Origin: the human T2T-CHM13v2.0 reference genome, Homo sapiens
Strand: one strand, 5' to 3'
Length of the DNA: 64,000 nt
Assembly (NCBI RefSeq): GCF_009914755.1
Contig: NC_060942.1
A program made the translations under genes and the position numbers. Below the pieces are notes generated by a model. The model was not told where the DNA came from. It saw only the letters and a program-made list of their open reading frames with translations, and searched no databases. The stretch's first letter is position 1. Every line of letters begins with the position of its first letter. This document shows positions 16,033 to 28,289 of this stretch, one piece after another.

Positions 16033-16919
16033 TTATGCAGTCAGCATATTATAATGGGCCATATCCAACAAAAAGGGGCCTCTTAAAGTATTGAAGGAGG
16101 ATTGGTAACATGAATGATGTTATAAATCATGAAAGTTGAGGATAATTATAAACATAAAATCATTAAAAGCCATTGACTACTGATAGAAATAAATTTATTG
16201 TAAAATCATGTGTTTAAAAAAATATTCTAGAAAGTCAGGATGATCTATTAACTCCCAATGTGATACATAACTACATTAGAGATATTATTAGACAAAATTG
16301 TGGATAATAGTTATTTACAGGACAAGCCTCCTATTTTTTTGAAAGTGACACAAATAAAAACATATATTTGAAGACAGGTTTTATTATCATTCGGAGATAG
16401 AATGTCACGTGCATGTGAAGGATTGGCAAACACTATTATGATAATCAGGAAATTTGATGACCTTAGTAGGTATAGAATAAAGAGATCCACTTTACATTGC
16501 AAAGTTTGTAAAAATACATTTCTTTTACCCCATAACCATTTGTTAGATTTCCTACTAAATGCTAAGTACCTGGCTAGGTGCTTAGACAAAAATGTTGAAG
16601 AAGATGCAGTACCTTCTCTCAGTTTCTTAATGTCTGTTGGGGAGTTAGACAAGTTGTAATGTGCTTTTAGTAGCATGGACCACATTCAGAAAAGGTAAGA
16701 AGGGCACAGAAATCAGTTTTGGATGGGCAATAATAATAATAATAATAATAATAAAAACTTCATAAAGAAGCTAATGTGTAAATTTTTACCTTCATCCATT
16801 AGTTAAACAAATATTGGTTGGGAGCCTAATATTCACCAGGGATGAGTCTAAGAACTGGAGATAAAACAGTGAACAACTGTTTTACACTGTTCATTTTTAT
16901 TGCTAAATGCATATAAAGA

Positions 16920-17215
16920 GGAATAAGGTAATTAAAACTCTAAAATAGAAATTAGCAAAATGGATTTAAAAACATTGATAAAAAGTATAATAGATCAAAT
17001 AGCTGGTTCTATGAGAAGACTGATTAGTTTGAAAAAGACTCCAGCAAGACTGACCAAAGGCTAAAAGGCAAGAAAGTAGAAAGATACAGAATCAATAAAA
17101 AAGGAGAAATATTTATAAAGACAGTATTACCAAAATAATACAAAAATATTAAGAATGTATAAATGCTGAAATTGTGAAAACCTAGGTAAAGTGGATACAT
17201 TTCCACAAAAAATAC
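16920..17215 (+). mobile_element. Old L1M ORF2 fragment
   Basis: AGCTGGTTCTATGAGAAGAC..CCAGCAAGACTGACCAA..AAAACCTAGGTAAAGTGGATACATTTC, matching the SWFFEK..LARL and NLEEMDKF regions of L1 ORF2. Confidence 0.7.
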
Positions 17216-17595
17216 TGCAATGAATCCTTGTTAATTTTGGCTATATAGCATGTGAACCTCCTTCCCTATGTTCAGTATAGCCCCTACCTGATTGCTCTAA
17301 AGACAAAAGTGCATGGAGAAATAGTCTACTGATAAGGAAAGTCCAAAGGCAGGAAAGAATGAGCAGGAATATGTGGAGGCATAAATAGCATGACTGAGAA
17401 TTGAATGAAAGTATAGCAGTGACAAATTATGAAGGGTATTATAAACTATTTTAATTTTTTTTATTTTTTTTCTGGCATCAACAGTCTTTAAAAGGTTTTC
17501 AGGAAAATTGGATCATCATGTTGATAATGATGATATTGATAATTTCTAACTTTTAAAAGTCATTTTTATGTACCAGAAATTGGGTATTAAGTGCC

Positions 17596-17771
17596 TTTTA
17601 TTTATTTATTTATTTATTTATTTGAGAACAGGGTCTTGTTCTGTTGCCCAGGCTGTAGTATAGTGGTGTGATCACAGCTAACTGCAGCCAGGAACTCCAG
17701 GGCTCAAGTGATCCTCCTACCACAGCCTCCCAAGTAGCTGGGAGTACAGGCATGAGCCACTGTGCTTGGCC
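17596..17771 (-). mobile_element. FRAM (free right Alu monomer) with (TTTA)n tail, inside a MIR
   Basis: Single ~150-bp monomer starting GGCCAAGCACAGTGGCTC on the - strand. TSD GGTA(T/C)TAAGTGC on both sides. Confidence 0.8.
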
Positions 17772-18248
17772 TGGTACTAAGTGCTTTGTGTGAACTATCT
17801 CAATTAACCCTCACAAGAACTCAATAAAATTGATAGAACAAGTATCTGAATTTTAAAGGTAAGGGAACACATAATCAAACTTGACAAGTTCATGCATTTA
17901 GATAATTTCAGAAAAGCATACCTTATAGAAAGATAATTTGAGCTTCACTGTGGAGAATAGCTTAGATTGGGACTGGATTGATGACACATAGTCAAGTTAT
18001 GAGATATATTATAGTCAGAAGATGAAGGTGACCTTGAATAAGGTAACCACAGCATATATAAAAATAAAAAAGTAGACATCAATATATTTATACTTCAGAG
18101 GTGATAAGACTAAAAATTAAATTGGATAAATGTAAGGCAGAGAAAGAAATCAAGGGGAATTTCCAAGTATTGGCTTGCACAGAGTTGTATGCCTCTGATA
18201 TTAAGAGTGCTGTGGAGGAACATAGTTAAGGTACTTATCACAAATTTG

Positions 18249-18564
18249 TTCATTTATTATTTATATACTATTGTTATTATTTTTTGTAGAGACAGGGTCT
18301 AGCTCTTTCCCAGGCTGCAGTGCAGTGGCACAATTATATCTCTCTGCAACCTTGAACTCCTAGGCTCAAGTGATCCTACCACCTCAGCCTCCTGAGTAGC
18401 TGGGACAACAGGCATGTGCCACCATGCCTGGCTAATTTAATTTTTTATAGAAACCGTGTCTCACTATGTTGTCCAGGCTAGTCTTGAACTCCTGGCCTCT
18501 GGCCATCCTCCCACTTTGGCCTTAAAAGTGTTGGAATTACAGGCATGAGCCACCACATTTGGCC
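18249..18564 (-). mobile_element. AluJ
   Basis: GAGACAGGGTCT..CTCCTAGGCTCAAGTGATCC..GGCC. TSD CAAATTTG at 18241-18248 and 18566-18573. Confidence 0.9.
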
Positions 18565-20547
18565 TCAAATTTGAAGTACGACTATGGCATTTATTACATG
18601 TATTCAGTAAGTATCTGGATTAAGCCCAGTTTAAGATATGTTTCGTTTTAATTGAAATTCTTGTTAAGAAGTTGAAAGTAACAAATCTGAACTTCAAAGA
18701 AAAGAATCAGAGATATCTGTGAGTCATCACTATTTTAATAAGTAATTGCTATGAGGAGAATAACTGACATTATTAAAGCAGAATGCATAACAAACAAGAG
18801 ACCTTATATCGAACATCAGAGGAACTTAAACATTTACCTGTTATATGGAAGAAAAAAAAATAATACAATTGGTGATGGAGCACAAAGAAGAAAATCCAAA
18901 CTGGATGATGCCATGGAAACCAAATAAGGGTAATTTTGGAGAGAAAGGCATTACGGGTAAATGTTATAGAGACTTGTATGGTGAGGAATTTTTAAAAATT
19001 GTCCATTGGATTTGACAAAAAGGTGACCTGTTTGTGATGTTCTTTAGAGTAATTGCTATGGAAAATGTCATGAGGAAACCTAAATTGTTATAGCTTGAAA
19101 GTGAAGGAGCAATGTGAATTTGGACACATCGTGTAGAGATGATTCTTTCAAGAGGATTCAACATAAAAAAGAGAATAAGACAAGAGGAAAATAAGTGTTT
19201 TTGTTTGGAGATGTACTATCTTAAAGAAAGGACTTGACGATTAAATGCTGTTTGAAATGAACCAGTAGAAAGGGGATAGTCGAAGATACAAGATAATGGT
19301 GCAATTTGTCTGTGGCTCTCAAAGCATTAGAAATCAATGGAGTCCTGAGAAAAATTTAAAGTGTTCATCTTTGACAGAATGCAAGACATCTCTTTTATTG
19401 TGAGGCAAGATTATATGTGACACTGTGTGAAAATGTAAAGGCAGAGTGGCAGGTCACGTGCGAGTGTTCATTTGAAGGCTTGTGGTCTCTGTGAGCTATA
19501 AGGGAGGCTGGATTATTGCATGGAAAGAGGTAGGAGAGGTTAAAAGAATGTTGAAAATGTCTGAACTGGCTTTCTTGGTAATGATAATCTTTACTGGGGG
19601 AGACAGAATTGTAACAGGCTACCAATTTACAGATAAATCAATTTCTGATATGCCAGAGAATGTCTGGGAAACAGGTGGGAGAAGTCTGCTATAAGACTAT
19701 TTTTAATAGGGGAAATCACCTTCTGAGACAAAAGTTATCCCAAGGGGGAAAAAGGGTTAATCATGATTATCTCACCTCAATAAAAGTAATTCAATACATT
19801 CCAGGAGAAAAGAGTAGTAATGCTGGGTAAAGCTTGGTTCATACATAATCTTACTGTTTTTGTTTGTTTTCTTGCTCAGTTTCTGTGGAACATACAGTTA
19901 AAACCTGCATGAAACAAATAACATATAAGTAAAAACTGAAAAAATAGTTTCATTTAAAATATTTGAAAGATATCTGGACACCAAAATCACAGAACTGATA
20001 TCTCCCAATGAACATATAACACATACAAAGAAAAGAAAATTACTTCATCCACTGCCTATAAGAAGCTTCTGCACTTCAACCCTCCTAATTCTCAGTTGTA
20101 ACAGGTATCCAATGGATACTCACTGAGTAGTGCACAGTAAGACTAGATTTAATAATAGGACAGGCTGAAAGATCAATAGATATTTGGGGAATGAACACTA
20201 CAGGAGATGGCAAAATCTTTTGCTTGAAGGTGAGGTCAAAAGTCATGACACTGGAATTAGCACTTTTCCGTAACATTGTATTCACAGGAAAATTTGGAGA
20301 ATACACATTTCCTAAAAATATATAGATGAATTAATTGAGATTCTGGACCATGAATTTTCAATCACCTTATCCACACTGTTTCTGTTTTGTTATGAGCAAG
20401 AAAGGCAACACAGATAGATGAATTCAGACATAGGTTTTCTGCTTGGGTAAGTTTTCAGGAAAATGAGATACCTCTGTAAAGTAGTTGGCTTTCTTTATTT
20501 CTTAGATACTGCCCAAGATCAAATTGTTAATGGTAAGGAGGCACCAG

Positions 20548-21193
20548 TGTTACCAGTGATGGGTCGGAACTGGCAGTCAGTCGCAGTGATCCATAGCAAC
20601 TTTGCTTCTTGCCTCGTCAGAGGAAAGAACTCAGCCCAGGCAGAAGTAGATTTAAGGCAAAGGTAAAGGTTTATTGGAAAAACAAACAAACAAAAACAGC
20701 AGAGTACACTTGGAAGAGGGCCAAGCAGGAGACTAGAGAGGTCAAGTGTTCCATCCAGCCTTTAACTTGGGATTTTTATACATTGGCTGGTTTCGGGTTT
20801 TACCTTTCTCTTCCTTTGATCCCTATCTTGGGATGGGCTGTCTGAGTGTGCAGGGGCCGGCTAGCGCTCGGGAGGGGCTGCACGCCAGTGTGCTTACTGA
20901 ACTTATGCACACGCTCTCTTGAGCATTTCCAGAGAAAGATTACATACTAGTCAAACTCGGCCATTTTCTCTTTTAGTGCACATTCTTGAGTGTTCTTGCC
21001 TGACTTTTAAGATTTTATCAGGGAGCTTTTACCTCCAAACCTCAGATGTTCCCTGTTGATCAGGCAGCTATCCTTCCTTGAGGATGGTTGTGACCACTTA
21101 GCAGGCCACCTGACAATGGCTTCTCACTGACAGTAGCCTGACATTCCGGGGGACTTACCCTGCCTGGCTCATTTCTATCTACCTACCCTAACA
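20548..21193 (-). mobile_element. ERV1 (MER4-group) solo LTR related to MER50/MER83/LTR43; subfamily uncertain
   Basis: TGTTA..TAACA termini. Reverse strand starts TGTTAGGGTAGGTAG..GGAATGTCAGGC. Poly(A) signal seen as TTTATT. Imperfect 4-bp TSD CCAG/TCAG. Confidence 0.78.
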
Positions 21194-21370
21194 TCAGGAG
21201 GTGGCTACAAATATGTCAGTGTAAATTTTTATCCCTGACAGGAAAATAAATGAGGTATCAATCCTACAGATGGTGGATCAGTATTATTTGGGTAAATAAG
21301 GCAGAGTTCATGAGAGTTATACCTGAACATTTCTCGCTTACCCCTAGCATATCTTAAAATCCTTGAACAT

Positions 21371-21417
21371 ACTCCAGACTGGGCGACAAGAGCAAGGCTC
21401 CATCTCAAAAAAAAGAA
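21371..21417 (+). mobile_element. Extremely 5'-truncated Alu (last 36 nt plus A tail)
   Basis: ACTCCAGACTGGGCGACAAGAGCAAGGCTCCATCTC-A(n). 15-bp TSD AAAATCCTT(G/C)AACAT at 21356-21370 and 21418-21432. Confidence 0.9.
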
Positions 21418-22881
21418 AAAATCCTTCAACATTAATTTTTTGAGTTAGGATTTTTGGTAAAAGAGAATTTATTTTATTCATCCCTTCATCACCTACATAC
21501 CTACCATATTAATCAATGTATGATTTAAATTCAATGCTCTAAAAATAAATTATTAATTTAGACTAAAAAACATATTTATGAGTGATACCATACTTTACTT
21601 GTATAGCAAAATGGTTACTTTCAGGACACTTCTGAACCTCTTAACTCTAGAATAGACTTTGAGGTAGATAAAAAGAGCATTATGAATCACAAATGCTTGA
21701 TAGTGTTAAACATATGAATATATGAAAATATTGTTTGCAAAGTTAAGAAATATAATGAATACATTATTATAGTCTATACTGTTTTATAAGCTATTTTATG
21801 TGTTTCTTCTGAGCTTTCAAACATTCAAGTACACATTTAAAATACAAATTCTTTTATATCCAATTCATTCTTTGGTAGTCACCAATGTGAAAATTGAAAA
21901 GAAGTCTTATTTTTAAAGGCATTTCAATAATGATTATATGCAAATAATGTGTATATGTTAACAACATTTACATATGTAAAATGTAATTATTTCCTTGTGT
22001 TAGATAATAATATGAGTTTTTTTTGCAAATTTATATATTTGGTTTGCTGCATTACCAAATAACTCATTGAATGCTTACTCTATTAGGGAATAAAGCAGAA
22101 AATAAAATCATAAGACTAAACTACCAATTTTCATTTTGAAAAATGAGCTAAGTCACATAAAACTGCCTTCCTCAAATTTTCTGTAAAATACAGAATGATC
22201 ATTTAGTTTAAACAATACTAAATTACATAAGCATTCAAGTCATTTAAAAATAGTTCTACAATCTTTAAAATTCTAGAATAGCTGTTATCTGTGGATCCAA
22301 GATATGTGGTTCAGTGCTTCTTTTCAACCTGAGTGAAGAGAAAAAAATAAAAGATCTTGTGTGTATTACAAATATTGAAAAAACTATTAGTGATATCAAC
22401 TTTTCTTATTCTTTGTCTATATACTAATCTTTATGAAGCATGTATATGTATATATATGCTACATGTGCTAATTTCTATTAATACATTCGAACCGTCACAT
22501 AGTTCAATACTTCTGTGTGTTTTAAAAATACATATAAATTTCCATATTACCTTTCAGAAGGAGGACCATTTTTGTCTGCCTTCATCTGTATGATGGCATA
22601 TATTTGCAGACCTGGTATTGATTTATATACTGAAAGTTTTATTTCTGTAAGATCTATATTTTTTGAAACTCCAAAATTGACACAGAGATAGTGTGGGCAG
22701 GGCAGTCAGTCTATACCCATTCTACCCATGTACTTGGGCTACTTTTGCTATACATTCTTTTCTTTTAACTAAGGATATTAACAGGGAACATTGACCTATA
22801 AATTTCTAACTCTCTTGGAGTTTCCTTTAGTATTTGATTCCTCTAGTATTTCTTCAAAACTAAGAAAGATAGATAAGAAGA

Positions 22882-22906
22882 TGAGAGAGAGAGAGAGAGA
22901 GAGAGA
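22882..22906. repeat. (GA)n microsatellite
   Basis: About 12 GA units seen directly. Confidence 0.9.
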
Positions 22907-25363
22907 ATATTGCAAATAGACTCAGGAATTTCTCGGTTGTACAGAATTATTGGATCATAATAAGTAGTGACAGGGAGAAATGGAAAATGGGAATGGAAAG
23001 GAAGATTGGTTTAGAATAGATTATTTTAAGGAATTTTAAATAATAATAACCATCATCATCCTTAAAAATTTATCAAGTACATACTAAACACTCTTTAAAA
23101 TACTGTAAATATAATCTCTCTATTATTACTCTAGCAAATTAAACATAAACTTTGGTTTTAATTGGATATTATCTTCCAAATTAAAAATTAAAAGACTTAT
23201 ATAATGTACTAAAGTTATACTTCCTGTAAACTGTGAATTTAGGATCTGAATCTTAAATTCTAGTTACTAAGGTGATGTCTTAAGCATTCTGATATACTGC
23301 TTCTCTTGGTCCAAATAACCGTAATATTATCTTGCACTGTCTTTACTACTATTCCTTTTCTTTTATCCTCTTTCTACTCCCACTCCTCTTTCCTCTTTGA
23401 ACACCTAAGTCCTGAAAACTTAAACTGAGAGCCAAAAGACAGTCCTTGAAATGTGATTATCAGAGGACTGAAGCTATCAGACCAAAGCTAATATTTAGCA
23501 CAATATATGAAAAGGTATTTGTAACCTATTTATGTGTATCTATATCATATTTGAAACCTATCTCTAGACACCACCAAAGCACAATCTTGGATACATAGTT
23601 GTGTGAGTGATATGTACTTAGAAACAGATGCTCTATTAATACTGTGGTTTTCCTGATTTTAACCTAAAAGCCATATCCACTGCTATTTTTCTTTTTAAAC
23701 TTTTTCATTTAGATAATATACAGAATCTATTTTCTATGTCTTTGTTCAGAGGCCATGCTTATTATTACCCCTAATTATTTCCCTGTGTGGCTTTAAATTG
23801 AAATTGCTTCTATAATTACTTTCCCCTGAAATTTCTATGGTAAGGTTTAGCAACTAAATGTGAATGCCTTCTAAATGAAGACATTTGATCAGGGCTGTAA
23901 GTTGATTTATTTATATCTAATCACCAAGCAGGTAAAAAGATTTCAGTTTTGCAAAGTTTAAACATTTCAAATAGCCCTGTCATCTCTTTTTATTCATTTA
24001 TTCATGATTCAAAGAATCCTAACAAAGTCATTTGGGAATGTTTGATTCTGTGTGGTATGTTGTTACCATAGCGATTCTGTTGGTTTTAATAATTGATATA
24101 AAGTTTTAAATGAAGTGTTTAATTGTGTTTGCAGATAGTTTCCTGAGCCATAAATAGCTAACACTCAAAATCCTCTTTCATTATAATTGACATTAGGTAA
24201 TCAACTTGTACATTTTCATTGAAATGAGGCACAGGCAGCACGGTGCCAGGAAGGTCATAACAACTCAAAAAAAACAAGAGAACATTTCAGGTCAATACAA
24301 TTCACAGAGGGCAAATAGAAACTCTGCTTACTGCCTTACCATGGCTATGTATCTAATAATTATTTCCTTGAATTAGATTCAATTCAAAAGACAGCATGGA
24401 TGTCTGCATACAATTCTAAGTATTCTTCCTACTTATAAAAGCAGGCTACGCTTACTGTTTCAATTGTTACTTTCAGGTCATAGATATGAAAATAAGGGTT
24501 GAAGGAACTCCAGTGCCATTTATCAAATGGTATCCGAAAGAACGACTATTTCTTAAATAAATGAATACTGTACTTATGAAGTTCACTGTTCTCATTGTAT
24601 TTACCCATGAAAGTTATTTGTCATGTACTGAATAATCTGAGATTTATAAAATATGTAATATTTTAACTTTAGCCTTTATTGCATGACTCAGTTTTCATAG
24701 AAGTCTGCCTATAGTTTTGGCAGACTGAAAAAGCTATGTACTTGAAAATGACCGGATTTTTATATTTAGGATTTTAATCATTTTACTAAAAACGAGTATA
24801 TTACTTATCAAAATAGATGATATACGGAGGTAGTGCATTATCAGTCAATTTTAGAAACACTGATTATTTGATTTCATAATTGGAAATAAGAGAGAATTAA
24901 AATAATATGTTTGAGTAGGGAGAAACGGGTGACAACATGGGGCCAATGGTAAAATCAGGATGGTTTCCTCTTAAATTGTCAGTATTAATAAATGCAAATC
25001 TTTAAAATTCTATGTGTTTATGTAAAAGGCAAAGGCTGTGTTTCTAAAATACAACAAATATAACATTTTTATGTAAAATGATTATCTCTAATTTTATGAA
25101 AACTGTCTCCTAGAAAATGGGCTCAACTTGTAATAAGATGCTTTACTCTTTGAGGACAAACCCGTGAATACTCTAGAATGTCTGACTCTGGGACCATTGA
25201 AGCAATATGGATTCCTCATTTGTCTTGAATATGTATTTGGAGTATTCACCAATTACTATAGATATTGATGCTCCAAAGTATGTAAATATAACTAAGCAAC
25301 TTATTTCCATATGGACATTTTTCAGAAATATATCTAACGTTATCACAAATTAAGATCCTTTAA

Positions 25364-25873
25364 TCCATTTCCCATGTAGAAAAAAAAAAGTGCAGCTTGC
25401 TGCAAGTGGTTATTTAATTTGCATAAACATGCTCTTTGAGGATGAAGCAAATCTGACTGATATTCAATATGAAAATAAAATAGTAAAATTGTTCTTGGAG
25501 TTATTTCTAGACAGAACTAACATCAAAATCGTCTGAATCATAAGAATTACCTATTTTGGAAAATTCAGATCCATCAAATGAAGTTTCGACCAACAACTGT
25601 TGTAGAATGATGTTAACATCATGCATAAGAAAGCTGTTTTCTAGGATTTGACATTTTCAGCCATCAAGAATCACTATATTTTATAAACGGTAACACCACT
25701 ACTAAAAACAGAATGCTATAAATTGAATGATGTCTTTTGTTTCCAAAGTTGATATACTCGAGCAATGTGAAAATAATAATAAAATGAGATATTGTGTGGC
25801 AAAGTTATCTCAGGGTAAATGCTGCAGCCGCAAGTGCCGCCGGTGAGTATTCTCCGGGAAAAAGAGAAAACGG
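25364..25873 (-). mobile_element. MER75 piggyBac-family non-autonomous DNA transposon, full length
   Basis: 510 bp, TTAA at both ends (25360-25363, 25874-25877). Degenerate TIRs CCATTTCCC / GAGAAAACGG. Reverse strand has GAGAATACTCACCGGCGGCACTTGCGGCTGCAGCATTTACCC, typical of MER75. Confidence 0.9.
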
Positions 25874-27879
25874 TTAAAAATCATTTGTGAATAGTAAATA
25901 GTAAGTCCTTTTTATTAGATATTAGAGAAAATGGTGAAGTTGTATATAACACACCCTTAATATTACTATGGCAGTCATTGCAGGTAGACTCATCAAATGC
26001 AGTCATAAAAGATGCTCAAATCCAAATTTACCAAATGCACGTCTGATCGGTTTTGAAATAGTATTCCTACATGGAAAATGATGTGTATTCCTAACATAAT
26101 GAAACTAATTTTAGTAAGCATAATAGAAAGCATAATAGAAAATAACAATAGGTTAGTCTTATATTTATTAAAATGCACGACTTTATGGTACACTACTATA
26201 AATAAAACTAAATTATAAACATGTCAGGAAGTTAGATGATTTATCTACTTAGAAAATGACCTTAGTTTCAATATTTAATTTTCAAAGGTATAGTTTGTAC
26301 AAATCTGCCCAATTTATTTAAAAAGATTAGACATATTGAATATTCATGGTACATTACTAAATGGAGAAAGTAATTGATATTAGTTTGAGTAAAGTAAACT
26401 TTATATAGATAAACATCTTTTTGCAGTTTGTAATTAATCCATCTCTGGGAGTCACAATGAAATTCAGTTATTTATAATTCATTAATGGAAATGCATACTA
26501 GGAATATGTTTTTGTCATGGACTGTGGGCAAGATAAAAATTCTCTACAATAATCCAATAACTCTTAATGAATTGATTAAAAATGGTCTTATTAACATCTG
26601 ATATATTGTATAATTTTGTAACAATTCTTAGTCTTCCTTTCTGTAAGAACTGAAGGTTACCATCATTTGCTATGAAAATTACCCTTTCCTTTGGGAAATA
26701 CTTTAGCATTTGCATTGTTATCTAGGGCTGGACCACTTCTAAGACAAGTAAACAGAAAAGAGGTGATCAACCAATCAGAACATAAGTTGCAGTTACTGAA
26801 GTCACCCATTAAAACGTTTCTTCTTTGAAATTTATCCCTAGCAATTCAAATATTTTAACAATATTTATTGAGCAAAAGTGATTTTCAGGGAATTGAGATT
26901 CTAATGAGTCACAACCAATGACCATGGACCTCTTTTCATAAGGTCCTTAATAGTGGGGATTTTTGCCTTTGAGAAGGCTGGTGCACAATTTATTTAGTCA
27001 AAATAGCAAATTAAGAATAGTTTCAGGCTCAATATAAGGTAACCTCTCCTTTCACGTAGAAAGAAGAATGTTAAACCTATTGAGTTCTTAACTGAGACCA
27101 TTTCAACAATGTGGAGGTGGCATCATTTTGTGCATGTTTTTACTGTGATATACTAAGTAAAATAACACAAATAAATAAATGAAGTTGAATAGCAAATCTT
27201 AATTTTTCAACCACATATATATTTCTTCACTAGCTAAAAGTTTATTAGAATACTGAAGAGAAAATAACAAGCAATATTGCCATCCAATGGTGAAACTGTA
27301 ACATTTAAGGCATATTAAATATAAAGATGGAGATATATGACAATATTTCAAAATAAGTAGAAATATTTATTTTGATTGCATTTTCTGGGAAATACAAAGG
27401 CAATGTTTAGAGTTATAAATACAGTAAGTACTAATCTAAAGAAAGAAAGACTCATGAAGTTTGAGTTTTTACCTTTTTGAAGCACAAAACAGTAGAAGCT
27501 TTAGTTCATATTATTTAATTTTTAAAGTGTAACATAATGAAGGCTTCAAACTTATTTATATCATTATGTTGGTTCTTTGTTTTACATGATGGTTTGCAGA
27601 TATTTTTCTTTCTTCGCCAATTAAGGATCTCTTTGAATATCATTTCCTCCTAAAAGACTTTGGAACTGATCTTTCTCTCTCCAAAGCCTCAAAACATTTT
27701 ATGCCTGTATTGTTCTTCATTTCATTGTTTGATTTACCTTAAAATCATTGACATATTCATTGGTACACATCCTCAATTGGGAAAAGAAGTATTATGTTTT
27801 ATTTATTTGTACAATATGTAACGATTAGTGCCTATCAGGTAAACAATAAATAATTGTTGAATACAGTGGAACTGCCTTA

Positions 27880-28140
27880 AACTCATGTCTGTGGATGTTT
27901 TAGACTGTATATGCTACATAAATGATTTACTTTACTTGTGAGGTGGATTTCTCTCATTTGTGAAATTCAGAAAATTACCTCGAAATTTTTAAAATGTGGG
28001 CATCATTCCATGTTTGAGAGCGAGAGGAGCTAAAATAGCTAAATATCAGGTCGTTATAATGGAAAATCATGAAGTATTTGTATTTATAATGTATCCATTA
28101 TAAATGCCTATTATATGTAACGTACTCAATAAATAGTATT
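27880..28140 (+). mobile_element. MIR with internal extra sequence
   Basis: Core TTTCTCTCATTTGTGAAAT..TACCTC and tail TGCCTATTATATGTAACGTACTCAATAAATAG. Confidence 0.55.
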
Positions 28141-28289
28141 TGGCAAAGTTGTACTGGTATCCATAATGGTAGTGATTATTTAGGTTGCTATTAGCCTGAC
28201 ACCCCAGACTTTTACATTTAGAATAAGAAATATATTTTTGATGATCCAGAATTTAACATATGCAGTAATTTGTATATATATTATTTGTT

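Larger units (their letters stand above)
16790..19600 (-). mobile_element. Long fragmented L2 hosting later L1, MIR, FRAM and AluJ insertions
   Basis: L2 tail reverse complement at 16790-16875 (CAAATATTGGTTGGGAGCCTAAT..CTGGAGATAAAACAGTGAAC). L2 body motifs such as GAGTCATCAC, ATGCCATGGAAACCAA, TCCATTGGATTTGACA. Extent approximate. Confidence 0.6.

Noticed and set aside
16311-16685. 124-aa and 85-aa opposing ORFs with a CxxC (HCKVC)
   Set aside because: No valid zinc-finger spacing or recognised homology, and the region overlaps probable L2-derived sequence.
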